Assembly (NCBI RefSeq): GCF_037042905.1
Contig: NC_087252.1
Coordinates: forward strand, 18,912,001 to 18,976,000
DNA: 64,000 nucleotides
Source of the DNA: Lytechinus pictus
Taxonomy: Eukaryota
Reading direction: 5' to 3'
Shown here in pieces: positions 1 to 13,322 of the stretch. The notes under the pieces are model-generated. The model was not told the DNA's origin. It saw only the letters and a list, made by a program, of their open reading frames with translations, and searched no databases. The stretch's first letter is position 1. Every line of letters starts with the position of its first letter. The position numbers and the translations under genes are program-made.

Positions 1-178
1 CTGCCTGCAAATGTGCACGGTTTGGGGGAGATTTTTTGGGGGGAAGGGGGGGGGGGGAAGGTCTTGTACTTAGTTTTTTTAGCATTCTCACAAAATTGTT
101 CTTGTTATAAATATATGAGTAAAGAAGGCTGTCATTTCCAACTCTCATCGCACTGCAATCATCACACTCATTATTTAT

Positions 179-365
179 TTATTCAGTTATTATTATTATT
201 ATTATCATTATTAGTATTACTATTATCGTAATCATTATTATCATTATTGTTATCATTATAATTATTTTTCTCCTACACCTTCTTCTTATAATTATTAATG
301 TTATTGCCATCAGTGTAATCATCACCATCATTATGATTATTATTAAAAAAATAATTGTTGTAATC
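179..365. repeat. Degenerate (ATT/ATC)n trinucleotide microsatellite
   Basis: Runs of tta/tca/att; this explains the poly-Ile ORF at 179-466. Confidence 0.85.
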
Positions 366-2205
366 ATATCAATTGCATTCCTTCTGCAGCCAAACTCTCT
401 CTTCATAAACTTAAGATTAGGTAAATAACGGTTCATATTCGTTTGTGTTTTTATAGCCCAAACCATTATATAAAAAAAGATTGATTGACATTGTTATGCT
501 TATCAATATCATATTCAAACTTCTTACAAAAATATGAGTAAAATGGGAAGAAGCAAAAGAAAATGTGATAATTAAAACGGCCGATATTACCGCTTTATTT
601 GTCTCAAGATTTATTTTCTTTCAAGGTGGATGTTTTTCCTTTGCTAAATCAAACCATTGGTCAGAGAAAAAGTAAACGGAGTATATACAGTAATATCAGA
701 TGTTTTGAGGAAAAGAAAGGGATACATTAACAAAACCGATTAGACCGACCTGTTAGTTGCTGCATCATCGACGTCACTATGAAGGGGATTTTAAAACGAC
801 TTTAGAGAGTAGAAATTAAAATAATAACGACGGAAACTGGTTGAATATTACATTTCTTTATGCCACGCATATTATTGTACATTATGTTATCTGAACAAAT
901 TATTTTTTTTAACACGAATAGTGCTACGAGCTCGGGAGGCCCTGGGCGGATGCAGGATTTTACTGTAGGGGGCAAATTGTTTTCTCTTTACCTGGGTCAC
1001 CCATAAAAAAAGCAAAATGTGAAAAGAAATAAATACCGGAACCTTTGAAAGTATTCAAAAGTCAAATCAAAAGACGCGCGTAAGCCCCGATTTCTATGAA
1101 CCTCCTGTGCTAAATTACTCTCCTAGACAATAGGTCAGGAGGGAGCGCGGATTAGAGATTCCTCATGAAAGAGAGTCTGGGCATCTATTGTTCATGACTT
1201 GGTGGCATGAACAAAATAATGTAGTCACGTAGAATATTAACAGGCGGCTACTTTGGTCAGACCAGTAATACAGAACAAAGAGGCCTATTTTCTTTTTGAA
1301 AATTTGTATTGATTTTTTTGTTTGTAACTGATCTGCATTTCCTCTTCTTTGATTTACGAAAAATGTTTTTTTTCTTACTTCTGTGCACTTTCCCAAGAAC
1401 GCCCATATTATTTTGTAGGATTTTATACCCCAAACTTGTTAGTAATGAATCTGTCCGACCCCTCTTTATCTATATTTCAATATATCATCTTTAGTTCTTT
1501 TTTATTTTGTCTCCTTAACTTTGTTTGTTACACTACGAATAAAAAAAAAATCAGAGTCTTATTTTGAAGACTACACGAATGAAAGGGTACGGTTGGCCGC
1601 ACTTTGAAGATACATGGCTCTAATATATTATTGTGTGTGTTTGAGTGGGGATCGCAGCTGTGCCGTGATTGGTCACTTGATCGACGACAATGCCCTTTTT
1701 TGGAACAGGTCCTTTCAATTGCGTGTGTATATATACTCTCTCGTACTTCAGAGGAAATAACTTGAATAGCAAAATAGTATTTTAAAAGAGCATTATTTTT
1801 CGTTATTTCTGTTTGTTAAATTTCATCAATAGATACGTCATTTGAAAGGGTAAACATTGAACTTTGATATTATCTTCTTAATTTATTGCTATCTCTACAA
1901 TTCCTCAGGTTATTTACTCTTTGAAATGTTCATGAAATCATAATTTTCTAGGTTTTACTTATTGAAAAAAAACGATGTAAAATATTACATCTTTTCTCCA
2001 TTTTTCTAAACGCGAATATAAAAGATAATAACACGACCATAAAGCCCATGAACCATGCATCATTTCATGTGTAGAAGGTTTCCTTATACAACGTACGGGT
2101 AAAGAATTATTATCGTTTTAAAATCAGTCACTGCTCACGTTTCGGTCAATTTAGGATTCCCTCGAATATCCTTGGCAGTAGAGGGGTATTGGGCCTGGCA
2201 GAGTA

Positions 2206-2206
<1 letters not shown>

Positions 2207-2274
<68 letters not shown>

Positions 2275-2537
2275 TATATAAAATAAATTATTCAGCTTCG
2301 GCAACTCTTGTATTCCAATATGTTGTGAAAGAAATGAATAAAAAGAACAATGGTAGGCGTAGCTTAAAAAGGGTTCCCCAGAGCTATCTGCCCTTCGGAA
2401 AATTTGCATGGAGAGCGCTGTACACACACTACTCCATGTTTGGACCACTAAAACAATAATTAAGCACATCAGAATGAGGATTAGATAATAGGATCTTCAT
2501 TATATATACACACACACATACACATACTATGTATGTG

Positions 2538-2573
<36 letters not shown>

Positions 2574-2600
2574 AGGGGGGTGAGCGCACGTGTGTGTGCG
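2207..2600. repeat. (TA)n tract (about 2207-2280) and mixed (CA)/(TA)/(TG) tract (about 2501-2600)
   Basis: Directly visible dinucleotide runs. Confidence 0.95.
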
Positions 2601-2606
2601 TACATG

Positions 2607-2972
2607 TAGATGAGGGTTGCCAGTCATAATAGCAGAAGAGGTTCGCCAGTCATAATAGCAGATGAGGGTCGTAAGTCATAATAGTAGATTAGGGTCGCTA
2701 GTCATAATAATCGAAAGAATTCGCCTGTCCTAGTAGTAGAAAAGGTTCGCATTTCATAATAGGGGAAGAGGTTCGATAGTTCTAATAGGGTAGAAGAGTT
2801 GCCAGTCATAATAAGAGTGCAGGGTCGCCAATTATATCATTAATAGAGAGAGGGTCGACAGACTTATCAAGAAAATAGAGAAGGTGACCAGTAATAATAG
2901 GAGTATAGGGTCGCCAGTCATAATAGGAAAAGAGGGTTGCCAGCCATAATATTAGAAGATAAAAGAGGGTTG
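2607..2972. repeat. Minisatellite, unit about 26 bp (gagggtcgccagtcataatagcagat-like), decaying rightwards
   Basis: More than ten imperfect tandem copies of agggtcgccagtcataatag. Confidence 0.85.
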
Positions 2973-3471
2973 TTATTCCAGGGGTCGGGGCACTGAAGGG
3001 GGGGGAGAACGAAACAAGGAGGGGAAAAGAGGAAGATAACGAGTGAATATACATGTAATAAAGTTAGGGGAAGCCTTGGACAATTATATAAACAAATATG
3101 TATAATTTTGCTCCCCTTTCGCGCTTGCATTGCATGTGATGAGATACATATCTTGCTCAATAGGCTAATATGAAGCTTATTATTTTTGCAGTCAATATAC
3201 AAAATATATTTTAGCTATAAAACATCGAGCTTTCAATATTTTTCAATATTTACGAATTGAATTTTAAAAGCGTTTTGTAAAATGTCCGTAATATAGTCGA
3301 GTATCAACATTTTCAGCCCGCGATGGGCACACGTATTATTTGGTTAGCCAAGTAGGTCTACCTATTCTCTAAGTGTAGTCCATAAAGTAAAAATATGCTT
3401 TTCCTTTTCACGACTGATTGTCAAAACTTATCAGCGAGCGCTGCATGCTCGCATTTTATATGGGAGAATAT

Positions 3472-4278
3472 GAAGAGCTCACTTGCAAAAGGGGTTGCGT
3501 CCATTTTTCATCAAATTTGATGTTTTTTTTGTCTCAATGTATTTATTTTTAGTAGCTCTATAGGATGATACAAAAGAAAAGCTGAAATTCCCCTTAAAAA
3601 GCAATCTAAAATGGCAAAAAAAAATCAAAAGGGGTTAGGTCTATTTCAGTTTTGTTGCAAACGGAGTTAGGTCCACACATATTTTTTGGAAAAGAATATT
3701 TGAAAAAATATGAAGACAGGTAGATTTATCTTATACCCAATTTTATGTTCTCATGGTAGTTGTCATGAAAATTTAGTTTCGCATAAGAATATTGCAATAT
3801 GAAAGAAAAAAAAATGATTTTCCTGGAGTGGACCTAACCCCTTTTGCAAACGAACTCTTCTGAAGAGCTCCTTTGTCAAAAGGGGTTAGGTCAATTGTTC
3901 ATTTTATTGTTTTCTGTCTCAAAACCTTTAAATTGTTTGTCCCTCTGATGAAAACAAAGAAAATTTTAAATTCACATGAAAACGTTAATAAAAGTAGCAA
4001 AGAAAAATCACCTTTTTAATAAAAAATAGATCGGATTCATTTCAGCTTACTTGCAAAAGGCCTTTGGTCCACAATGATAATTTTTAAAAGAATATATTAT
4101 AGAAAAAAATTGAAGACAGGTAGAATTTTTTTATACCCAATGTTATGTTTACATAATGGGATAGTACATCATGACAATTAGTTTCTCATAAGAATATTGC
4201 ATCAAGTGTGAATAAAAAACATGGTTTTTCTCGGAATGGTCCAAAAAGGACCTAACCCCTTTTGCAACTAAACTCTTC
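3472..4278. mobile_element. Head-to-tail dimer of an approximately 400-bp MITE (3472-3860 and 3862-4278) with about 30-bp TIRs GAAGAG...CTCTTC and ATAT flanks
   Basis: gaagagctcacttgcaaaaggggt at 3472 is the near reverse complement of ggacctaaccccttttgcaaacgaactcttc ending at 3860; the pattern repeats at 3862-4278; ATAT at 3468-3471 and 4279-4282. Confidence 0.85.
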
Positions 4279-5099
4279 ATATGTATACCAGGCGCAGATA
4301 CCGGATTTCGTAGGGAGGGTGCCCAAATTGGACCTGATTTTGGCGCCCCTGTGTAGTTTACGAAAAATCGTGCCCCTCCATCCCCGCCAGCCAAACATAA
4401 GTGCTTGAAATGCGTGTTGAATTATCTTATTTCATAGTCACATGAAAAAAGGCAATTGAGGACCACAATTTTTCGTGAAGAAAACAAAATCATGATACAT
4501 TATGTGATATTACTTTTTCAAATGGAATAGATGCAAGCGCTAAGCGCGAGCGATTTTCTGTTTTCTGTTTTAAGCATTTGCGTGTTTCAATTTCTTATCA
4601 GAGTAGGCCCTACTAGAAGTGTGTGAGCAGGAGCTGTAATTTCTTTACAAGTCGTTTTGGAAAATCATTCAGGTATATTATTGAAAAATCTTTTGGAAAT
4701 AATGTAATCTCGAAGGCAATCGACTCAGTCTCCTCATTAGTGGCGTAGCTAGAAATGATTCAGCGGGGCGGGGGCGGAACTTTTTAGAGGGCACCAATAT
4801 AAATTTGTTTTGGGGATACTGACCGAAGTAAAATAAAATATTAGATTTATTATAAGAAAAACCGATGAGGTATCTCACAAGGCCTAAGAAAATAATGCGA
4901 ACGCAAAGCGAAAGCTGATCTGTTAATTTTTCGTGTGTTTAGACCTATTAGGACGAACACGATTCATATTCTATTTTACAATTAATGCGATTAAGTTATT
5001 AATTATTTATTGATTACTGATTTATTAATGATTATAAATAAGGACATTTCCGGTTGCCAGGTAAGAGTATCAAAAAAAAATCTGCTCGAGCTTTGCAGT

Positions 5100-6653
5100 C
5101 ACACACATGTAAGAAACATTCAGGGCAGAATGCGAACATAATAAAATAATATGAGGCGAGCATGAAGCGCGAGGTGAAAAATTTTGATATTATATTCTGA
5201 AAATGTGAACTTTAAGCATGTCTTACTTAGAATAAAAAAAAAATCTGTTTATCTCTCGAGTCAAGCAATACGAGCTCGAAGTGAGAGCTGGAATATTTTT
5301 CATATTCCCATCTGAAAAATAAAAAGAACAAATGGTGTATCTCAAGCTAAATATTTATTATACTGACCAGAAGTGAATTTTTTTTTTTTTTCATGCAGGA
5401 AACTCACTAATGAATGATGGGAATTCAAAGCAAGTGCTAAATACTTTTTGTTATCATGAATATAATTAATATCTAACAATAATTTGCAAATGCAATGCTT
5501 ATGTGCAGGTAAAAAAAAATCCATGTACATGTACGCAGGGGCCGATCCAGCTTTCGCTATTAAACAAGGAGGAGGTGGCGGGAATTTGCAGAAAAAATAT
5601 TTTCATTCACCTTTTCATGATTGGCTACCGATTGCTGATTTTTAAGGGGTATTCCTCTCAAAAGACTGCACTTTCAACTACATCTCAGCTTTGTTTAAAA
5701 AAAAACAATATAACAAGATAAGGCATAAAGAAGTAACACGAGCACGAAGCGCGAGCTAAGTTCTTATATTTCATGTATAAGGATATAAACCTTAATATTT
5801 TGAGCAGTTAATCTTGAACAAGATGCATATGTAACTAAATTTTTAAAAAATACAAGCGCGAAGCACGAGCAAGAAATTTCAATACACTTATCTAAAAGGG
5901 AGCTGATAATGACAGATTGCAGTGGCTCATGAAGAGTATATTGCGAGTGCGAGCTGAAACTTTTATAATACTGATCTGAAAAGCTACCTGTTAATGACGG
6001 TTTCCCTGTGACTCATGAAAAAGAAACATATCCCTCCTATCATTTAATGCGAGCAATAAGATAGACTATTAGCAATTTTTGTAAAGATGAACAGAATACG
6101 TATTTAACCAAACATTTTATTTTCTGACTAGAGAACTGGAAATTTACTTTTTTTATCATTAAAAGATAAGAATCTAACTAAACAATCTATGCCAGCGCAA
6201 AGCACGACCTGAAATCTTTTTTATTTCCGACTTTTAAATTCGAAATCCTTAGCAATGAACATAATATTTATTTTACTGAACTTCTGATATGAGCGCGAAG
6301 CGAGAGCTGAAACTGATCGAATTTCCGACTTTTAAACTAGAATGGGATACGAATATTTAAACAATTGATGCCAGTGTGAAACACGAACTGTACATAATTA
6401 TATTCTGACCTTAAAATTTTGGCGTCCTATGCACTGTTGGTAATCATGTAAAGGGTGGTCATCTAACTAAGCAATTGATGCGAGTGCGAAGCGTGAGCCG
6501 GAAAATGTTGATATTCTTACTTAGAATTTGGACATACTAAGTCTTGTCTGTAATCATTAATAGGATGGGAATCTAACTAATCGATGCGAGCGCGAAGCGC
6601 GAACTGAATATATTTGATATGCCAGTCCATAACTGGGCATTCTAATCACTTTT
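5100..6653 (+). repeat. Diverged tandem array (about 100-120 bp unit) with gcgagcgcgaagcgcgagc core; resumes near 11630-11770
   Basis: Core motif recurs near 5160, 5275, 5740, 5855, 6190, 6290, 6480, 6586 and 11705, with shared flanks (ggacattctaagcac...atctaactaa). Confidence 0.75.
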
Positions 6654-9600
6654 AAGTCTTGACCTTTGACCCTGGAGAGCTGGAAAAGGTCAATGAACTT
6701 AACATTTTAGAATATTGACACGTAGCATCTCTGATTTATGAACAGGCTTCTAGTGTAAAAATTGCAATACAATTAATTTGAGCACGATGTATTTCCATGA
6801 AGTCACCAAAATGACATACTAAAAGTCCAAAAAAATCCATGTAGTGGAAAGATGTCTAATTTGCATAAATCCAAAATGGCGACTATCATGAGAATTTTTG
6901 ATGATTATTGATAGTAGTACAAACATTGTTCTGATCATAGCACTTTCAAAAATTATGATAAAAGCATAACACTTTAACCAGTGTTATATCTTAACATAGA
7001 CTTCATTTTGAAAGCAATATGCAAGTCAAATTTGAACTCTGCTGACCTCTAGAGGTCAATGACCTCTCAATACAACGGGTCGTGTGGTCCAGTGGTTAGA
7101 GCATTGGACTCATAATCGCAAGGTTGTGAGTTCGAATCCCAACTCTGCCATTGTCTCCACTTTGATAAAAAGGCCCAAGAGTGATATCTGTCGTCTATTA
7201 CGTCAGCCACTATGACTGATTAACCTAGACGTAAAAAGTTTCCAAGGTAATTGGTTATATACCAGCTTGGCGTTTACCAGCAAAAAATGCTGTCCTGCCG
7301 AGTTCCTACGGGAGTTACCACAAACAGAAACAAACAAACAGAAACAATATCAGAAAATTTATGTTTTGCATCATTAGTACATAATAAATATGGTTATAAT
7401 GATAACAAAATGATTCAATATTGACTTTCAAGGTATCTTGATATTTTAGAAAAAATTTGGTGGGTTATAAGTCTTGAACTTTGACCTTGGAGAGCTGGAA
7501 AAGGTCAATGACCTGAACATTTTAGAATATCGACACGTAGCATTTCTGATTTATGAACAGGCTTCTAGTGTAAAAATTGCAATACAATTAATTTGAGCAC
7601 GATGCATTTCCATGAAGTCACCAAAATGACATACTAAAAGTCAAGAAAATCCATGTAGTGAAAAGACGGCTAATTTGCATAAATCCAAAATGGCGACCAT
7701 CATGAAACCTTTTAATGATTATTAGTACAAGCACTGGTCTGATCATAGAACTTTTAAAAATTATTGTTGAATCATTGAACTTTCATCAGTGTTATATCTT
7801 ACCATATGCTTCATTTCAAAATTAGGATGCAAGTCCGATTTGACCTCCGCTGATCTCTAGAGGTCAAATACCTTAAGGTCAATGACCTCAAAATATTTTT
7901 AAAAAATGATGTTTTGCATCATTAGCTCATGATGAAAATAGTAATGAAAACAAAATTATTCAATATTGACTTCCGAGGTATCCTGGTATTTTAGAAAGAA
8001 TTTGGTGGGTTATAAACTTTGACCTTTGAAAACTGGAGAGCTAGAAAGGGTCAATGACCTTAACATTTTGGAATATTGACGATAAGCATCACTGTTTTAT
8101 GATAAACAGGCCTCAAGGTGTACAAATTGCAATACCATTTCTTTTAACACATTGCATCTCTATGAAGTCTCCAAAATTATATACAAAAAGTCCAGAAAAA
8201 TCCAAGTGGTGGAAAAGCGTATTATTGGCATCAAAAGCGATCCAATTTATTAATCGTAGTTGTACAACCACTGATCTGATCATAACACTAAGAATATGAT
8301 TAAAGCGTTAAACTTTCATCACTGTTATATTTTATCATAGGTTTCATTTTAAAAATCGGATGCAATTTAGAATTGACCTGTGCTGAACTCTTGAGGCAAT
8401 GACCTAAATGATTATTGACGTCGGAAGTTCATTAAAAAATATGTTTTGCATCATAATAATTCCTTAACTTATAAGGTGCTGAACCCTAATGCCATAGTAG
8501 TTGCCATAATGGCAAAGTTACTCTTTATGAAACGTGCCCCTAGAGTTATAAATACAGATGATATAGCTTTGTTATTTTTAACTGATCATTTGAGTAACGT
8601 TTGCAGATCTCAACATTGGACTGCTGAGGAAAGTGAAATGTCAATTACCTCAAAACATTATCATATCAACCAGTGATGCCGAGTACCAATAATTTTACAT
8701 TTTAAGGTCAAATTTCTTTAGAGATCTTCAAATCTCAAACATAAGTTGATATAACATGATGCTAATCAAGAACTCTGGATGCAAAACATCAATATGTTTA
8801 AGTCATTGGCCTTAAGGTCATTGTCCTCAAGAGGTCAGGAGAGGTCAAATCTGAATTGCATTGGAATTTTTAAATGAAGCCTATGGTAAGATATAACACT
8901 GGTGAAAGTTAAATGCTTTGATCATTATTTTGTAAGTGCTATGATCAGACCAGTGTTTTTACTATTATTTGTAAAAATGAAAAATTCTCACGATGGCCTC
9001 CATTTTGGATTAATACAAACTAGATGTCTGGATTTTCTGGACATTTAGTATGTCATTTTGGAGACTTCATGGAAATGCATTGTGCTGAAATAAATTGTAT
9101 TGCAATTTTTTCACGAGAGGCCTGTATATCATAAACCACTGATGCTAAGTATCAATATTGTAATATGTTAAGGTTATTGACCTTTGCCAGTGCTCCAGGG
9201 TCAAAGATCAACATTTCTAATACACAAAATTATTTCTAAAATATCAGGTTACCTTGAAAGTCAATATTGAATAATAATTTTGTTTGCATTATTATTATAT
9301 TTATCATAAGCTAATGATGCAAAACATAATTTTTTTGATATTTTGAGGTCGCTGACCTTAAGGTATTTGACCTCTAGAGGTTGGATCCCAGCTGGAGGTC
9401 AAATTTGACTTGCTTATTGCTTTCAAAATGAAGTCTATGTTAAGGTATAACACTGGTTAAAGTTTTATGCTTTTACCATAATTTCTTAAAGTGCTATGAT
9501 AAGACAAGTGTTTGTACTACTATAAGTAATCATTACTGAAAATTCTTGCGATGGCCGCCATTTTGGATTTATGAAAATAAGTATTTCCACTACATGGATC

Positions 9601-10520
9601 TTAAAAACACTTTTAGTATGAAATTTTGGGGACTTCAAGGAAATGTATCGCAGTAAAAAAATTATTGTTCAATTTTTTGAGGTTGACCCCCTAAATCAGT
9701 ATTTTTTCCTGGACTATAAAGTTAACAAATTTTTCACAAATTTGAAATGAAATGTGTTTGCGTTAATTTTGATACACATTGTACAACATGATATAGCCAG
9801 ATGGCGTGACTTTGCCAGCTCCCTGAGAGGGGTAGGCGTCAATGTGCCAGCCTTTTTTATGTAGCTGATAGAGAAAAGCCTAATCTTAACTAAGTGGTTA
9901 AAAGGCGTAGATAAATGCATACAATCTTTAACTACTGCACTGTATACACTAGACACGTTATACATATTAGTCTACGAAAATGCATACAAAACGCGACATT
10001 TGAATAGTCAATTTTAATACCTTATAAATTTGTTAAAAAGAATTACACCAATTTAGAATTGCATCCACATGATAATAGTATATCAATAAAGTTTTCTGGA
10101 ACATTTCATGGTAATTGCTCCATTTTTCTTAGATTTATGTAAATTCATGTATTTCCCAAATTTTAAATTTTTGGGAAAAAATGACAAACATGCAGTTTTC
10201 TACTAAAAATTATCAGCCAAATTATCTATTTATCCCCTATAAATAGTACCAAATTATAAGAAATTTATTTCTCTTTTATATGACACTAATTTTGTGGCAA
10301 TTGAACGTTCATGTCAAAATTTATGTACGAAAATTCAAATTTTCTGAAAATTAGGAGGCCATTTAGGATTTATGCAAATTAGACGTCTTTCCATTACTGG
10401 GATTTTTCTGGACTTTTAGAATGTCATTTTGGGGACTTCAGGGAATTGCATTGTGGTAAAAAAAAATTATTGCAATTTGTTTGCGGTTGACCCCCAAAAT
10501 CAGTTATTTTTCCTGGACTA
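6654..10520 (+). mobile_element. Left-truncated copy of the Academ-like foldback element (same family as 54905-60169)
   Basis: About 560-bp direct repeats, then the same units inverted; right termini ttttcctggacta end at 9716 and 10520; colinear with 55385-60169. Confidence 0.8.
7077..7345 (+). mobile_element. tRNA-derived SINE inserted in the Academ-like element
   Basis: Box A tggtccagtgg, CAT anticodon-like loop ctcataa, box B gttcgaatcc, about 190-bp unrelated body and (AAAC)n tail; the host repeat gacctcaaaatatcagaaaattt is split here with caata duplicated. Confidence 0.85.
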
Positions 10521-10920
10521 TATGTCAACATGGTCGACATAAGAAGTAAAAATGAATGTGAAGGTGTGATTATCCCTGACAGAATTCTGGTACATTTCTA
10601 CATGCTACTCCTCCCCTAGAGGAGAATGAATTGTGGAAGAAGCTATTTTGAGTGATTGGGAAAAGATTGTTGCTATTCCCTGATTAATTTTAATGACGGT
10701 GTGAGGTTTTTAAAACAAATACGATTCCAATGAGAGTGATATGTGCTTATGGAGGAAATTTATTTCCAACCATTGTCACCTCAGCCACCAACAATATATT
10801 GTTTAGAGAAGGGCCTTCTAACAAACACAGGGAGTGTCAAAACGGATGTATAATTGGCCTGTTTCAGACTAACTTTTTTAAACAGGATGGGATGTACTGA
10901 TCAAATATTACACATATTAG

Positions 10921-11118
10921 TATTAATAATAATGATAATATTCCGCATGTATATAACGCTGAACACATCGGAACGACGTCTCTAAGCGCTTTACAGATAT
11001 ATTATTACCCCGGTCATCGGATCGTTGCATGCCTGCATACAATGTATGCACCTTCTCCACTCCCTGGGGAGCATTCCAACAAGAGTTCCAAGACTCAATT
11101 GCTAGGCATACTACAATA
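10921..11118 (-). mobile_element. 3' fragment of a SINE/L2-type retroposon
   Basis: Reverse strand reads tgtaaagcgcttagagacg...gcgttatatac followed by an (ATT)n tail, resembling L2-mobilised tails. Confidence 0.5.
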
Positions 11119-13073
11119 CCATTGTTGGTATGTGATGTTTTAAATATAGAACATCATTGTTTTAATGTTCATACACAGGCGTATTTCTCTTGTCGATGTG
11201 TAGAAACGGTTTTCAAAAAGTGCTTTAAAATGCTCAAACTCGCATTGTTAAATGAGATACCTGTAAGTATCTTTTTTATGAGCATGGGACCCCCTGTCGG
11301 AATATGCTGGATTCTCCTGATAATTAAAATATTTTCAGGCGGATATTTACATAAACATCTTAACTTTCATTGATGAAAGTATAACATTGATGAAAGTATA
11401 AGGTCTCCAAAATAAGACTCCACATCATACTTCGTGACTATATAGTGGGCAAGCAAGACTTTGAAACTGCGACATTGAAACTAACTGAAAACAGCTTGAA
11501 AATATCTCAAGACAGCACATTTTGTTAAATTAGAGTCTGTGCATACAGACTACTACATGTATATATACGAGAGTCCAAGCGCATGCTTACTAGAACTTTT
11601 AGAACAACGGCCTCTAATTATTAACGATTAAAACTAAACAAAACTGGACATTCTAAGCACTATTGGTGATCCTGAACCAGATGGGAATCTAACAAATCAT
11701 TTCATGCGAGCGCAAAATGCGAGCTTAATTTGTGTTAAATATTCCGACCTAAAACTAGATACCCCAAACACATTGTTATATATAATTAGAATTGTAAGAG
11801 CAATCAGCAATTACATTCATTTATCTAGTTATTTCCTGTTTAAGGATATTTATAGCATATAATGATTAAGAATATTCCAGAATGTCTCAGTAAAACTTTT
11901 AAGGACCAACAAATGCCCTTAAAAGATGCATGGTGTACCGTGAAACACACTACACATCTTCTTCTTCTTCTTCGCCATGGAAACCATTAGAAGTTACATG
12001 AATCCTACCAGGCACCGATTTCCTACCCAAATTATGACAAATTTCTTGCTGAAGAAAGCTACACCATAGCTGGGATATGATTCCTCAGATTAAATATCCG
12101 AAGACTAATCCTATCTTTGGTTTTGTTAAATCCCCTAAAAGTGAATGTCATGCACTATCCAATTTCATTACCAGATAGTATTAACTTATTGTGCACCAAA
12201 AGTTTGTGGTGTGAAGGATGTAAAAAAAAAACGTGTTTGTTATACTTTAACCCATTTTACATTATATATAACTTTGATGGGATGCCGGATCGAAATGCAA
12301 TATCTGCGTGAAAACAGTAAAGACGAAGGTGATATAAATCAGTTATTAATATAAAAGGGTTCGTCTGTGTGGGTTAATGTATATTTAAGACTAGTGATTT
12401 TATCATTCGTGTCTGACTTAAGTTATGGTCTACGAAAACAGATAAGTTATTTGAAACTAACACTCCATGTATTTCAAGTATTTAAGCACGAGAGTATAAT
12501 ATTAATCAAGGAAAATATTTGAGGGAACATTATTTTTGTTTTATGAACGCTTTGAGAAAAAAAATACGTTTAGCAGATTTACACGACTTTGAGATTCAAT
12601 GGAAATTTATTTATATTTTGCGGTCAACACGTATGTTTCAGAATGTTTTTTCTACACATTTCATAGTATTTCATCACAGACGGTATTTACTGAAGCGGGG
12701 TACTAGTATGCTGCGCTTAAAAACATTTATATTAAGCGCAATATAAGTGTTGCATAGCATTACTGGTAATTATTATTGAAACAAACCCTTTTTTTAGACT
12801 TGTGGATGAACTGTTTAAAAGGAGTACGGCTCAAATTTAATTTATCATTAAAATGAAGCACAGTCAATATATCCAACCAGAAGAAGAAATGAAAAGTATG
12901 TATGCAGTACAGAAACACCAACATGGTCCGTTGAAAATCGTTCATGATTGCAAGATCTTGATGCTATCATTCCCCTTTCACAGTGTGGTAAACACTTAAA
13001 ACTCAGCCCATTACCTGTATGAAAGCTTTTTCAAAATAAAAATACTAATATTGTCATTTTTTCTTTATATAAG

Positions 13074-13322
13074 GTCCTGTGTCGTATATTGAGCTATGGA
13101 AGCTAGTCGAATTTTCCCGCAAACATGACCAGGTTTCTCAGCTTGAGGATGTCATACAGGCTTTGTGTGATGGTAAAAGTAGAACCACGCCTGATCTCTC
13201 GGATACTGAATACTACACACTACTCTGTAAATGGAAGGGATCATGTAAGGCAACTATTCAGAGATCAACATTGCATGTAAAAGCAAAAGGATGCTTGGAT
13301 AAATCGTTATCAGAATTAAAAG
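13074..13322 (+). CDS. Multi-death-domain-like protein, first visible exon (phase 1-1, 83 codons)
   Basis: Acceptor ttttctttatataag, donor AAG|gtaagc, open frame GPVSYIELWKL...YYTLLCKWK... Confidence 0.7.

Noticed and set aside
2607..2972. CRISPR-like array
   Set aside because: Units are contiguous and degenerate with no unique spacers; eukaryotic context and no cas genes
7077..7150. tRNA-Met(CAT) gene
   Set aside because: The acceptor stem pairs poorly; it continues into a SINE body with an (AAAC)n tail and sits as an insertion in another TE
10583..10860. Additional exon of the death-domain-like gene
   Set aside because: The frames examined contain early stops and no convincing donor site was found
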